The notes under the pieces were generated by a model that did no database searches, was not told the DNA's origin, and saw only the letters and a program-made list of their open reading frames with translations. Both the position numbers and the translations under genes were made by a program. Positions 38,181-47,617 of a DNA stretch of 64,000 bases are shown here, one piece after another (the first letter of the stretch is position 1; each line of letters starts with the position of its first letter). The stretch is from a virus. Its lineage: Duplodnaviria > Heunggongvirae > Uroviricota > Caudoviricetes. The stretch is from positions 83,787 to 147,786 of the IMG/VR virus record IMGVR_UViG_3300027819_000007, one strand, 5' to 3'.

Positions 38181-39334
38181 CCTCCCCGGACTGCATCGAT
38201 GACTTGTTGAACATCCTCGTCTGACAAATTTTCATGACAGGGGAGGCAAATACTCTTTTTGCTAAACTCCCTCTGTCCCACTAAGTCTTCTCGTATCCCT
38301 CCAAAAACAGGATTCTTGTCGATCCGGGAGCAAATGATAGAACAAGGAATCCCCTTTTCTTTCATCTTCTGTACAAAGTCATCTCGCCAGTTTACTTTCA
38401 TGGCAAAGGCATAGTACGCATGGGACCAACTACCAGGAACTTCGATAAATTCGATGTCCTTCACGGTATCCAATTCTTCTCGGTACTGTTTTGCTATTTG
38501 CTGTCTTCTTGTCAGCCGTTGAGGGAGAGTATGAAGGTTTCCTATCCCCAAAGAAGCAGCCAGATCATTGAGGTGGTATTTGTACCCGACTTCTTGTAAT
38601 GAAAAATCCCTTTCTCCAAGTGGTCCAATTTCAGCACCACGGGGGATTCCAAACCATCGTCGATGGATGGCATCTTCTTTATCCCATGTGATGTCAATAC
38701 TGCTGCAAATACACCCCCCATCACCCGTGGTCAACAGTTTAGTAGATTGAAAGGAGAAACAACAAAATCTTGACCAGTGAGTTTTCCCTATCAAGTCTTG
38801 TTGATAGACAGCTCCCAAGGCATGAGCAGCATCTTCAATGATGGAAGGTCGTTCGTTGAATAATTCACTCTCTCGCTCGATTGCATAGTTGATGTCTTCC
38901 ATGTAACAAGGAAGACCCGTCCAGTGAACGGGAATAACCGCTTTGGTTTTGGGAGTTAGTTTCTTCTGTACACTTTCCGGACACAAGTTCCCGGTGAAAG
39001 GATCGATGTCAGCAAAAATAGGAGTAGCCCCACAATAGAGAATTGCCATCCCGGTAGCCACAAAAGTTTGTGGGGGAAGAATAACCTCATCACCCCTTTC
39101 CACTCCGGATAAAACCAAGGCAAGGTGAAGAGCAGAGGTGCCACTATTTACCGTAACAGGGTTCCACAGACCAAACTTATTCAACCCCTTCTCAAACTCC
39201 TTAACTCGCTCTCCTTCACTGAGCCTACCACTATCCAGGGTTTCCTGGACCAGTCGCTTACTTTCTTCCGAGATGTGAGTGTAAAATAATTCCATTAAGA
39301 CACCGTGGGAGGAGTGTGTTTGGTAATAGTCCAC
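38174..39334 (-). CDS. DegT/DnrJ/EryC1/StrS-family PLP-dependent sugar aminotransferase
   Basis: 386 aa. 'GDEVILPPQTFVATGMAILYCGATPIFADID' and 'FSFQSTKLLTTGDGG' (Lys-containing) motifs. Confidence 0.75.
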   Translation of the reverse strand: MDYYQTHSSHGVLMELFYTHISEESKRLVQETLDSGRLSEGERVKEFEKGLNKFGLWNPVTVNSGTSALHLALVLSGVERGDEVILPPQTFVATGMAILYCGATPIFADIDPFTGNLCPESVQKKLTPKTKAVIPVHWTGLPCYMEDINYAIERESELFNERPSIIEDAAHALGAVYQQDLIGKTHWSRFCCFSFQSTKLLTTGDGGCICSSIDITWDKEDAIHRRWFGIPRGAEIGPLGERDFSLQEVGYKYHLNDLAASLGIGNLHTLPQRLTRRQQIAKQYREELDTVKDIEFIEVPGSWSHAYYAFAMKVNWRDDFVQKMKEKGIPCSIICSRIDKNPVFGGIREDLVGQREFSKKSICLPCHENLSDEDVQQVIDAVRGGW

Positions 39335-39903
39335 TTATCGTCGCTGAAGGAAATATCTACCTCTCGCTGCCACTGAATGTCCCTTCTATCCACATAAGAA
39401 TATCCAATAACAGGAACGTCTTGTGGGAGAGGGTCATCAGGAGAAATATTCTTGTCGAAGAATATTTTACACACATCTTCCAAACCATTTACATCACTAG
39501 AAATTTCACCTGCTCGTTTCTTACAATGTTTGACGAAATGTTCCAATTCAATTTCATACCTTATCTTCTGTACAGTCTTTCGATGATCTTCATTACTCTG
39601 TTCATAAGAAACAGCTTTTTGTTCAGAAAGGTCTGAATAATCAACAGTGAAGGATGGGTTATTGGATATAGCATCATGGAAAGACAAGGTTCTGATTACT
39701 ACCTTAGTCTTGCTGGAATTGTATCGTCCACCAATAATATTATAATACTTCTTCTCCTCATTCCGAACGAGTATCTGTTGGCAACCATCCCAATACCCCT
39801 CTGCACGATGAACGAAGTGAATGTCCTCATTTCCTACAGAGACTTCTAGTTCTCCTGAAGGGTCTTCTTTCTGCAATCTTCTAATCAACTCTTTGGTTTT
39901 CAT
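39295..39903 (-). CDS. hypothetical protein
   Basis: 202 aa ORF. Confidence 0.4.
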   Translation of the reverse strand: MKTKELIRRLQKEDPSGELEVSVGNEDIHFVHRAEGYWDGCQQILVRNEEKKYYNIIGGRYNSSKTKVVIRTLSFHDAISNNPSFTVDYSDLSEQKAVSYEQSNEDHRKTVQKIRYEIELEHFVKHCKKRAGEISSDVNGLEDVCKIFFDKNISPDDPLPQDVPVIGYSYVDRRDIQWQREVDISFSDDKWTITKHTPPTVS

Positions 39904-40100
39904 TATGCCGATTCTCCCACTTCATCTTCATATTCTACTTCGATTTCCACAATCTCCGCTCCGATGCGTTTCCCTGCTTCTCCCTGATAGTGTTGAGTGA
40001 CTTCCTCAAAGGTGCCAAATACTTCTACCTCTTCATAGTTCCAGCCTCGGTCACTACACCAAAACTCATTGGAAACCGTATCGAAAATACAGAATTGCAC
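39903..40100 (-). CDS. hypothetical small acidic protein
   Basis: 65 aa ORF. Confidence 0.3.
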   Translation of the reverse strand: MQFCIFDTVSNEFWCSDRGWNYEEVEVFGTFEEVTQHYQGEAGKRIGAEIVEIEVEYEDEVGESA

Positions 40101-40111
40101 TCAGGAATCTC

Positions 40112-40654
40112 CTAACGAGAAAATTCCGATCTTGCTTGATTGATGTTACTCCTGTGCTGTTCATTGATTTCTTGAGTAAGGATTCTGTCCTTGGGTATTG
40201 AAGAAGCCTTTTCTTTAGCTTCCTGATGAATTTTATCGACTCTTTCTTTGCATACTGAGTAGAACTCTCCCTCTAACTCCGAAAGAGCGGAGAAGGGCAA
40301 CCCCTCTACTTTACGGTGACACTCATAATCCTTCCCTTTTGGAACCCAGAAGGTATGATACTCCGGACGGTGACATTGAAAAACATTGTAGAGATTATTG
40401 ATGAATTCATCAAAACGGTTATAAATTACCGTTGATCCATCGACAGAATAAGAAGCATGAAAGAAGAACTCTTCCGCAGCAACTTGATAGCGGTCCAGAA
40501 TCTCCTGGACCTGGACAGACACCTGCTCCTTCCCATTCCAATAGGAGAACATTTCCGGTTCTACTTCTGAGGAAAGTGAGAGAGAAGAGATGGATGGAAT
40601 GGCCACCAGAGATGAAATAACCGTACCAATAAATTGCCGACGATTCTGATCCAT
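40112..40654 (-). CDS. putative Tat-secreted protein
   Basis: 180 aa. N-terminal 'NRRQFIGTVISSLVAIPS' resembles a twin-arginine signal peptide. Confidence 0.45.
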   Translation of the reverse strand: MDQNRRQFIGTVISSLVAIPSISSLSLSSEVEPEMFSYWNGKEQVSVQVQEILDRYQVAAEEFFFHASYSVDGSTVIYNRFDEFINNLYNVFQCHRPEYHTFWVPKGKDYECHRKVEGLPFSALSELEGEFYSVCKERVDKIHQEAKEKASSIPKDRILTQEINEQHRSNINQARSEFSR

Positions 40655-40665
40655 TTTACTTCCCT

Positions 40666-41118
40666 TTATCTTGAAGAAAGAATTTCATCACACTTCCGAA
40701 TGTACTCACTATCCTTGGTTCGTTGGTTCTCTTCTAGCCAGTCCGCAATGATGGGTAGAGGTGTATCTTGAGTCAAAGGAATGCTGTCCATGATCCAGTC
40801 ATACCGTTGGTGGAAACCATTTCCTAGAACGGGATGCTTGTAAGTGAAGCCAGCACATTGCCAACAGAATCTCATGTAAAGTCCAGAAACTCCATGAATG
40901 GCTACACCATCACCTGATCCACCCATCCTTGTTTTACACCCCCTACAGTACATCCAGTTCTCTAAGTCTCCAGAATGGATATTGTAAGTGTTCAATCCTG
41001 ATTCATAGATTGTTCTCTGTTCGGAAGCAATAGACCCCATCACCACAGTTCCCAAGGGAGGAGTGGATAAGGCTCCTGATAGAAATCCAATCGAAATTCC
41101 AAGAGGAAGTTGACTCAT
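40666..41118 (-). CDS. hypothetical protein with zinc-ribbon and C-terminal 'ADWLEEN' motif
   Basis: 150 aa; 'CRGCK...CWQC' and 'PIIADWLEENQRT'. Confidence 0.4.
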   Translation of the reverse strand: MSQLPLGISIGFLSGALSTPPLGTVVMGSIASEQRTIYESGLNTYNIHSGDLENWMYCRGCKTRMGGSGDGVAIHGVSGLYMRFCWQCAGFTYKHPVLGNGFHQRYDWIMDSIPLTQDTPLPIIADWLEENQRTKDSEYIRKCDEILSSR

Positions 41119-41474
41119 TCTTTCTTCCCTTCCTTTGTCTTCTCGATCATGCTATCCACCCAGAAGATCTGGATACCAATAACTTCCTTGGTATCAATAC
41201 TCCTCATGAGAGCCATGATCTCACCTTTGCCAGGAATGACAATAGGATCAGCATAGGCACTTTCATTCTTCCAGTAGGCTTCCAGGAAGTCTCCATCCTG
41301 ATAGTAATGAACGAAAGGTCTAATCATAGAAGGTTCCTTCCCTTCTCCACTGAGTTTCTTGAGGTACTCCAGAAAGGTTTCGTTGTTCATCTTTCTATCC
41401 ATTTCCACAAGTTGTAAATCACAATGCAGGATAAAACAGCTGGCCACAAAGGAATAGTAAGAATAGAAACCCAA
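41115..41474 (-). CDS. hypothetical protein
   Basis: 119 aa ORF. Confidence 0.35.
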   Translation of the reverse strand: MGFYSYYSFVASCFILHCDLQLVEMDRKMNNETFLEYLKKLSGEGKEPSMIRPFVHYYQDGDFLEAYWKNESAYADPIVIPGKGEIMALMRSIDTKEVIGIQIFWVDSMIEKTKEGKKE

Positions 41475-41583
41475 AATCTCAAACTACCCACAGGTATCCG
41501 TATGAAAACGAACTCTCCAACGTGGTATCCAATTATCACATAGAGCATCGTTATGGGGATAAGGAAAAGGTAATCTTCTACCA

Positions 41584-41865
41584 TTAGTTGATCCCCGAAG
41601 TCCCTTTACCGAAGTAGGTATGTGGATACTGTGTTCCCGGTGTGGGTTTGGCCTGCCCCATTTGTTGAAGCATCTCATCTGGGATACGATGGATAGCTAA
41701 AACATGGTCCAAGTCCACTCCCTCATAGAACTCTCCACGAGTAAGACGCATACTCTTCCGTTGGGACCAGTCTTGAACTATTCTTTTCGCTTCACTAGAA
41801 GGATAGATGCACTGGATGAATGCTCCCCCTTGCATGATGAAACGGAGACATACTTGTGGTTCCAT
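41584..41865 (-). CDS. hypothetical protein
   Basis: 93 aa ORF. Confidence 0.3.
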   Translation of the reverse strand: MEPQVCLRFIMQGGAFIQCIYPSSEAKRIVQDWSQRKSMRLTRGEFYEGVDLDHVLAIHRIPDEMLQQMGQAKPTPGTQYPHTYFGKGTSGIN

Positions 41866-41868
41866 AAG

Positions 41869-42060
41869 TTATTCCTTATTCAATTCCTTGGGATCAGGTT
41901 GCTCCCATTCCCCTTCCCACCAAGGAGGAGGGGTATCACAATGAGGACATGGAGTATCCTCATACATAAACTTACCGCACACATCACAGACCCAGGTATC
42001 GTCACTGTCTTCATCCTCATCGTCGAAGTCTGGGTCATCTAACTCATTGGGAGTTTTCAC
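41869..42060 (-). CDS. small zinc-ribbon protein
   Basis: 63 aa; 'CDVCG...CPHC'. Confidence 0.35.
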   Translation of the reverse strand: MKTPNELDDPDFDDEDEDSDDTWVCDVCGKFMYEDTPCPHCDTPPPWWEGEWEQPDPKELNKE

Positions 42061-42404
42061 AGGAATTCATAGCCTCGTCTTTGGGTAGTTGTATCATCCT
42101 TGGTGGTAGTTTCCTCCTTGATAGGGAATGTGAAATTGTCAAATTCCCCCTGTAACTCATCACGTCGAAGTTTCAATTCCTCAATGATATGATTACGGAG
42201 GTAGGCTACTTGGTGCTCAGACAAGTAATCCTCTACTCGATATTCACCGTTAAACCCATTTTTGATGCTAAGGTGACACCCATTTTCTAACATAGTCAGG
42301 TTTTTCTTTACGTGGAAGAGAAGTGAGTAAAGTTCGTCGATTCTCCCGCACACGTTCCTCAGTGTATCAAATTCTTCCTTCGTCATGAAATCATTTCCTT
42401 CCAC
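42057..42404 (-). CDS. hypothetical protein
   Basis: 115 aa ORF. Confidence 0.35.
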   Translation of the reverse strand: MEGNDFMTKEEFDTLRNVCGRIDELYSLLFHVKKNLTMLENGCHLSIKNGFNGEYRVEDYLSEHQVAYLRNHIIEELKLRRDELQGEFDNFTFPIKEETTTKDDTTTQRRGYEFL

Positions 42405-43435
42405 AGTTCAAGGTACTTTTGTTTGATGAGATCCCAAGTATACAATTCTGCCACTTCTCTTGCTTGTTTTCCTCTAGCTTCCAAATCCCAGATTTTCTTA
42501 GCTTCATCTATCTTCTCTGCTAGTTGATCTTCACTACAAGCGTCTACTGTATGGGAGGGAGGAACTAAATCTACAGCACCCGCTCCACGGGAACAAATAA
42601 CAGTACGGGAATGGGCTTGGGATTCTAACACTTCACAATTAAATCCTTCGGTGGCAGCAGGGCAACAGAAAAGGGAGATCTCATTGTAGAACTCACTTAC
42701 ATCATTAACCCAACCCTTAACGATAATGTTGCCCCCTCCTAGTTGGGTAATGAGTTGTCTCCCCCATATGGAGGTAGAATCCCTTCCCCCTAGAATAAGG
42801 GTAGCGTCTTGGTAGTTCAGTTTCTTCCAGGCTTGTAGTAAGTAAACTACCCCTTTGTCAGCTCCGAAACTTCCAAGATACCCAACAGTAAAACGGTCTG
42901 GGAGGGATTTGACTTCTGGTGGAATATTACAGCCATGATGAATTATGCGTATGTCCTTGTTCTCAAAATCTGGACCGTATTGCTGAACAGTTCTCTTCGG
43001 TACACTTCCAGGCACCACAATTACGTCGGCAAGTCGGTATCCCTCAATGTATCGTTTCCATAGTTCCGGATCGGTGAGATGACTAAGGTTGAATCCAAAT
43101 CCCAACTTTTCGTGTTCTCGTTTGGATACTTCTACGGAGTGTGCCGCTATAGTCATGACCACAATGGAACCATTGCGTTTTAACACATCTACTGTTTTTG
43201 GCCAAGTTCCGCTGTAAAAGTGGCAAAGTTTTGGTCTTATCACAAAGAAATCTTTTTTGCAACAAGCAACATCATCCCATTTCCACGGTTCTCCACCACC
43301 TCCACCTAGTTGGTCTCTGTCCCATACCTCACATGGACCAAGAGTGGAGAAGGCTTCACTCTCATGTTTGGTGACAATCCCCCCTCCAGTGGGGAGTGAT
43401 ATCTTATCGTGCGTGATGTAGAAGTTGTGAGGCAT
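42383..43435 (-). CDS. glycosyltransferase family 1 (GT4-like)
   Basis: 350 aa. 'EGFNCEVLESQAHSRTVICS' is the E-x7-E motif of retaining GT-B transferases. Confidence 0.65.
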   Translation of the reverse strand: MPHNFYITHDKISLPTGGGIVTKHESEAFSTLGPCEVWDRDQLGGGGGEPWKWDDVACCKKDFFVIRPKLCHFYSGTWPKTVDVLKRNGSIVVMTIAAHSVEVSKREHEKLGFGFNLSHLTDPELWKRYIEGYRLADVIVVPGSVPKRTVQQYGPDFENKDIRIIHHGCNIPPEVKSLPDRFTVGYLGSFGADKGVVYLLQAWKKLNYQDATLILGGRDSTSIWGRQLITQLGGGNIIVKGWVNDVSEFYNEISLFCCPAATEGFNCEVLESQAHSRTVICSRGAGAVDLVPPSHTVDACSEDQLAEKIDEAKKIWDLEARGKQAREVAELYTWDLIKQKYLELWKEMIS

Positions 43436-43785
43436 CAGCTTCCCGATTGAACGTGAAATGTAGTAATTTGCCCACTAGAAATATTGCCGCTGTAAAGCAC
43501 TCCAGCAAAATGGCCGCTTCTAATTGCACCACTCGTTACTTCCATTGGAGATGATCGATATTTGGCATAACGATTCATGCCAGGAACATAACCTTCTTCA
43601 ATCAGCTTAGCTCCATTCTCTCGATGGTTCTCTTTCAGCCAGTCAGAATAAGCTGCACGAAGAGCTTCGTCATTAGGATCGTCTTGTAGTGCTTTGAGGA
43701 AGATCCTTTCCTGGGAACTCATAAGCAGTTCCACGAAGAAGGTATTCTCCTCGATCTTGTTATAGTTGAAATCTTCAAAGCTCAT
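43435..43785 (-). CDS. repeat-companion-like 'AAYSDWLKEN' domain protein
   Basis: 116 aa; 'ERIFLKALQDDPNDEALRAAYSDWLKENHRENGAKLI'. Confidence 0.45.
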   Translation of the reverse strand: MSFEDFNYNKIEENTFFVELLMSSQERIFLKALQDDPNDEALRAAYSDWLKENHRENGAKLIEEGYVPGMNRYAKYRSSPMEVTSGAIRSGHFAGVLYSGNISSGQITTFHVQSGS

Positions 43786-43796
43786 GATTGGTCCTC

Positions 43797-44174
43797 TTAG
43801 TGAGATCGAAATTCGTCGAAGTAAGCTCGAAAATACTTGGCGTCTTCCTCATTCAAAATAACAAACGGAGAAGCATCATATCTAGGTTCTGGATAACTTA
43901 CCCTAAGAATAATTGGTCCTTCATCAAACACATAATGAGGACGCACAAACCGAGACTCCCATCTTTTGGTTTCTCCAAGATCTGGAACTTGTCTCATCTC
44001 CTCCACAGCAACAACATGATCCAAGTTGATGAATTTTCCTTTGCTGAGATGGAGAAAATGTGCCATACTACACTTCTCCCAGGAAATGAATAACCTTGTA
44101 AATCCCACAAAATATCCAATGACCAACAAGGCAAATAAGGACAAGTGGCCATAGTACAGCAATGGGGACTTCAC
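43797..44174 (-). CDS. hypothetical protein with N-terminal membrane helix
   Basis: 125 aa ORF. Confidence 0.35.
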   Translation of the reverse strand: MKSPLLYYGHLSLFALLVIGYFVGFTRLFISWEKCSMAHFLHLSKGKFINLDHVVAVEEMRQVPDLGETKRWESRFVRPHYVFDEGPIILRVSYPEPRYDASPFVILNEEDAKYFRAYFDEFRSH

Positions 44175-44322
44175 ATTGTTCTTTTACGATTGGAGAATAG
44201 CCACCATAAATATACTTCTCCACCCGAATTGCCGTGGCACTGATAGCAATTCCCAACGTAAGATATCCCATCACACCAACAACTATTTGTCCCCAAAGAG
44301 GAACCAAATCGAAGTAATCCAT
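44068..44322 (-). CDS. small membrane protein
   Basis: 84 aa with two hydrophobic helices. Overlaps the neighbouring ORF, so only one of the pair may be real. Confidence 0.3.
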   Translation of the reverse strand: MDYFDLVPLWGQIVVGVMGYLTLGIAISATAIRVEKYIYGGYSPIVKEQCEVPIAVLWPLVLICLVGHWIFCGIYKVIHFLGEV

Positions 44323-44334
44323 TCGTTGTAACTC

Positions 44335-44682
44335 CTACATGAAAAGGTGCAAAATCCAACCGAACAAGATAGTAACTCCAGCGACTACTATCGGAGTGGT
44401 GATCTTTACCACTAAACGACTCAGGAAGGACAACTCACTATCCGGTTTTTCTCTAGCATGGTTGTGGAACATATAGCTAATCAACAAGGCAATCCCCAAA
44501 CATCCCACAATACCAGGAGAAGAGATGCCAAAAGTAGGAGTTAAGAACCATCCCCACAAGAGGTGGAGAGTCCATCCATTCGCTAGCATGAGGAATGGCA
44601 AGGTGGCTAACACCAGGAGACAGCCTACGGTTAATTCATCACCATCCGGTTCGTTTTTACTCATTCCTAAAACCTTCTGCAC
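44335..44682 (-). CDS. multi-pass membrane protein
   Basis: 115 aa with ~4 hydrophobic segments. Confidence 0.45.
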   Translation of the reverse strand: MQKVLGMSKNEPDGDELTVGCLLVLATLPFLMLANGWTLHLLWGWFLTPTFGISSPGIVGCLGIALLISYMFHNHAREKPDSELSFLSRLVVKITTPIVVAGVTILFGWILHLFM

Positions 44683-45364
44683 GAATCAGTCTACTCACTG
44701 TAGCAATTCCTATTCCTACTATCTCAGCTATCTGTGATTGAGTAAGTGTTCCTTGTTGGTATAGCTCTCTAACCTTTTCTCTATCTTGGGGGGACAATTT
44801 TAGTCCCTTTCCATATCGAGGGAGTTTCCCATATTCCCTTCTCAGGGTTTTGATGGAACGAACAAAGATAGTTTTGGAGTGGGTACAATCCAACTCTCGA
44901 TTGATCTGTTCAAAGGTAGACCCCCACATTCTGAGGGTAACAATTTGTTGCTTTTGAGGGGCCAAGGAAGAGATCAATTCCTCCAACTTGGGAGATTCCT
45001 TCTCTTCCTCCTGGACCGGAACAGGGATTCTTCCCACGTCAACCAAATCCCCTCCTTTACCTATGGTGAGGTCACGAAGTCGTTGGTTGAAAGCTTTGGT
45101 CTTCTTCCAATAGCGGTAGAGAGCCACCTTGATGAACCACTTCCAGAAAGACAGGATAGGACGTGGTTTCTTCCACAAGAGTAGGAATACCTCCTGGACT
45201 GAATCCTCCACATCCTGGAAGTTGAACCTCCCCAACTTGTGGCATAACAACCGAATGGCTTTCTCCTGGTTCAACTCCACCAACTTGTTGAATGACTCCT
45301 TGTGTCCTCTCATGTACCAAAAGAGTAACTTTTCTGGGGAGACTTCCTTGTGTTGATTTTTCAT
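44657..45364 (-). CDS. sigma-70 family (ECF-like) RNA polymerase sigma factor with extra C-terminal HTH
   Basis: 235 aa. Region-2-like 'VQEVFLLLWKK', region-4-like 'QQIVTLRMWGSTFEQINRELDCTHSKTIFV', plus C-terminal 'GTLTQSQIAEIVGIGIATVSRLIRAEG'. Confidence 0.6.
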   Translation of the reverse strand: MKNQHKEVSPEKLLFWYMRGHKESFNKLVELNQEKAIRLLCHKLGRFNFQDVEDSVQEVFLLLWKKPRPILSFWKWFIKVALYRYWKKTKAFNQRLRDLTIGKGGDLVDVGRIPVPVQEEEKESPKLEELISSLAPQKQQIVTLRMWGSTFEQINRELDCTHSKTIFVRSIKTLRREYGKLPRYGKGLKLSPQDREKVRELYQQGTLTQSQIAEIVGIGIATVSRLIRAEGFRNE

Positions 45365-45372
45365 AGGTGGAC

Positions 45373-45927
45373 CTACACCTCCACCACAATCGTCATCGAC
45401 CCGGCTTCAACATCCTCAGTCAATTCCTTGATCTGACCGAGTTGCTTGGCCTTAACCTTGAGTGCTTCTGCCGTAGTGCGGTTTACAACCTGATCCAACT
45501 CGTGTTTCAGTCCTTGTAGTTCCTTCTCCAGCTTGTCCGTGATCTCCTGTTGGAGTTTCTTCTCCTTGGCAATCACTTCCTGAGCCAGTTCCTTCTTGAC
45601 TTGTTCACGGAGATGTTGGTCGTCTTGACGGGATTCTCCATATCCTTCCTTGGTCTTTTCCACCTCTACTTCCTCACAGTCATGCACCAAGACGGTAACT
45701 TCTCCCGTCTCCGTATCAATGCTAACTTCCATGCCGTTGTCCAAGGTTTTCTTCATCACCTTGCCATCTTGGATGTAGCCCTTCTCCGCGAGTGCTCCTT
45801 CCAACATTTGCTGCATTTGTTCTGGAGGAAGAACCTGGATGATGTCCAACTTGCACTTGGCTTCATCGTCAGCTGAGATGGTGGACTTCAGACTTTCTTT
45901 GACCTTGATACGATAGGCTCGGCTCAT
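45373..45927 (-). CDS. coiled-coil protein
   Basis: 184 aa; heptad-rich charged C-terminal half. Confidence 0.4.
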   Translation of the reverse strand: MSRAYRIKVKESLKSTISADDEAKCKLDIIQVLPPEQMQQMLEGALAEKGYIQDGKVMKKTLDNGMEVSIDTETGEVTVLVHDCEEVEVEKTKEGYGESRQDDQHLREQVKKELAQEVIAKEKKLQQEITDKLEKELQGLKHELDQVVNRTTAEALKVKAKQLGQIKELTEDVEAGSMTIVVEV

Positions 45928-45987
45928 GGTTTGATTGCTCCTTTCCTAGTGGTGTTTGAACCTTACTCTAAGGTAGTATTAATTCTG

Positions 45988-47022
45988 CTACCAGCCTTTG
46001 GTCAAAGCAAGGATAGCCAGCTCCTCACAACGATTTACCATATGGTCTACGGTAAAACGGGAGGTAATCCAATCCCTACATTTAGCCCTGTCAAGCCTCG
46101 AAACAGCGTCTTGTTGCAGTAACCCCACTAATTCCTCTTGCGACTCGACCAGGAAGCCCGTAGAGCCGTTTAACACGGTCTCCCTCATTGCACCGTGATC
46201 CCAGGCCACACAGGGACAACCACAAAGTTGTGCTTCGCATGGTGATAAACCAAAAGGTTCCTGAAATCTTAGGTTGGGATGGAGTAAAGCCTTGGCTTTG
46301 GAGAACCACATAACACATTCGGCTCGACTAGCTGGCCCTACAATTCTAATCTGCTCTCCATCACAAAGAGCCTCACATTGTTTGAACAACTCAGGTTCAT
46401 TGGTGATGGAAAAGTCTCCAATCAGGTCTAATCCTACTCCAGCTTGCTTACATGCCTGAATTGCCAAGTCCGGACCTTTGATTGAACTGAACCGTGCTAG
46501 GAACAAATATCGATCCGTTCTTGTTACCCCCTCCATCGGCTTGTAGTAATCCGGGTCCACTCCGTTGTAACAGCACCGTGCGGCTCGTTTGAGGTGGATC
46601 ATACACATCCGTGCCTGGTCCTCACTAATGCACACGAAGCAGGACTTAAGATAAGGAGGAGGTTGTTGGAACATAGTTTGGACAGGAGCATGACACCACA
46701 ACAGGATGGGACAAGTTAGCCTCCCTTCTAGTTTGAGCATGACAGAAAACTTGTTCCAACTATGATCAATAATTACTCCATCGTTAAAGTGAAGTAACTC
46801 CTTCCAGTAGGTACTATAAGCTCGTTTTTCATCCCATCCCCCTGGAGGTCCGGTAGGAATTACTCTAACTCCTGGACACGTAGACCCTTGAGGGGCAATC
46901 AAAGCAACTTCATGTCCCTTAGCAGCTAATCCCTTAGCTTGCTGCCAGGAAACCATCTCAAGCCCTGCATATCCCGATGGAGGGCAGGAGAAGACCGTAC
47001 TACTTATGATGCATATTTTCAT
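45988..47022 (-). CDS. glycosyltransferase family 1 (GT4-like)
   Basis: 344 aa. 'EPFGLSPCEAQLCGCPCVAWDHGAMRETV' is the GT-B C-terminal motif. Confidence 0.6.
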   Translation of the reverse strand: MKICIISSTVFSCPPSGYAGLEMVSWQQAKGLAAKGHEVALIAPQGSTCPGVRVIPTGPPGGWDEKRAYSTYWKELLHFNDGVIIDHSWNKFSVMLKLEGRLTCPILLWCHAPVQTMFQQPPPYLKSCFVCISEDQARMCMIHLKRAARCCYNGVDPDYYKPMEGVTRTDRYLFLARFSSIKGPDLAIQACKQAGVGLDLIGDFSITNEPELFKQCEALCDGEQIRIVGPASRAECVMWFSKAKALLHPNLRFQEPFGLSPCEAQLCGCPCVAWDHGAMRETVLNGSTGFLVESQEELVGLLQQDAVSRLDRAKCRDWITSRFTVDHMVNRCEELAILALTKGW

Positions 47023-47306
47023 ACATTTTCCAGGTGTGTAAAAGCATCTTCACCACACACTGCCTTGAGTGCTTTTTGGAACACCAAGTCGCGGAACTCA
47101 TTGTGGTTCCAACTACCCGTCTTGATTTTTTGCTCCACTACACTCTTGATAATGGGAGCCACGGCATTCCACATGTCAGCCTTCTTCTTATCAGGAAGGG
47201 TCATGACATTGTCCACATTGTTGAGGAGGAAGTTCTTACTTTGACGTACTTCCTCCAGTTGCTTTTCGAGGTCTTGTTCTTTGCCCATGAGTAAAGTTCC
47301 TTTCAA
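47019..47306 (-). CDS. hypothetical protein
   Basis: 95 aa ORF. Confidence 0.35.
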   Translation of the reverse strand: MKGTLLMGKEQDLEKQLEEVRQSKNFLLNNVDNVMTLPDKKKADMWNAVAPIIKSVVEQKIKTGSWNHNEFRDLVFQKALKAVCGEDAFTHLENV

Positions 47307-47566
47307 AGATTGTGGGTGATACTTCCAGAACTATATACTATTGGATAGCCAGCAAGGGTTCCTATCACTTGTCGTTTGGTCTCTAAAGGGTCCCATCCCT
47401 TACGTATCATACTTGCTGCTTCTCCTCTTTCATTCTCCTCCAACCAATCTCCATAGGCAGCTCGAATGGCAGGGTCTTTGGGATCGTCCAGGAGAGCACG
47501 TAGAAGGATTCGTTCCTGTTTACAAACCAACAGTTCGAGGATAAACTTAGTTAGTTCTGGAGTCAT
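47303..47566 (-). CDS. repeat-companion-like 'AAYGDWLEEN' domain protein
   Basis: 87 aa; 'ERILLRALLDDPKDPAIRAAYGDWLEENERGEAASMIRKG'. Confidence 0.45.
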   Translation of the reverse strand: MTPELTKFILELLVCKQERILLRALLDDPKDPAIRAAYGDWLEENERGEAASMIRKGWDPLETKRQVIGTLAGYPIVYSSGSITHNL

Positions 47567-47617
47567 AGTAGGTTGATTCCTCTTGATTGGAGAATATCAT
47601 AAGCACGGTTGAAATTC

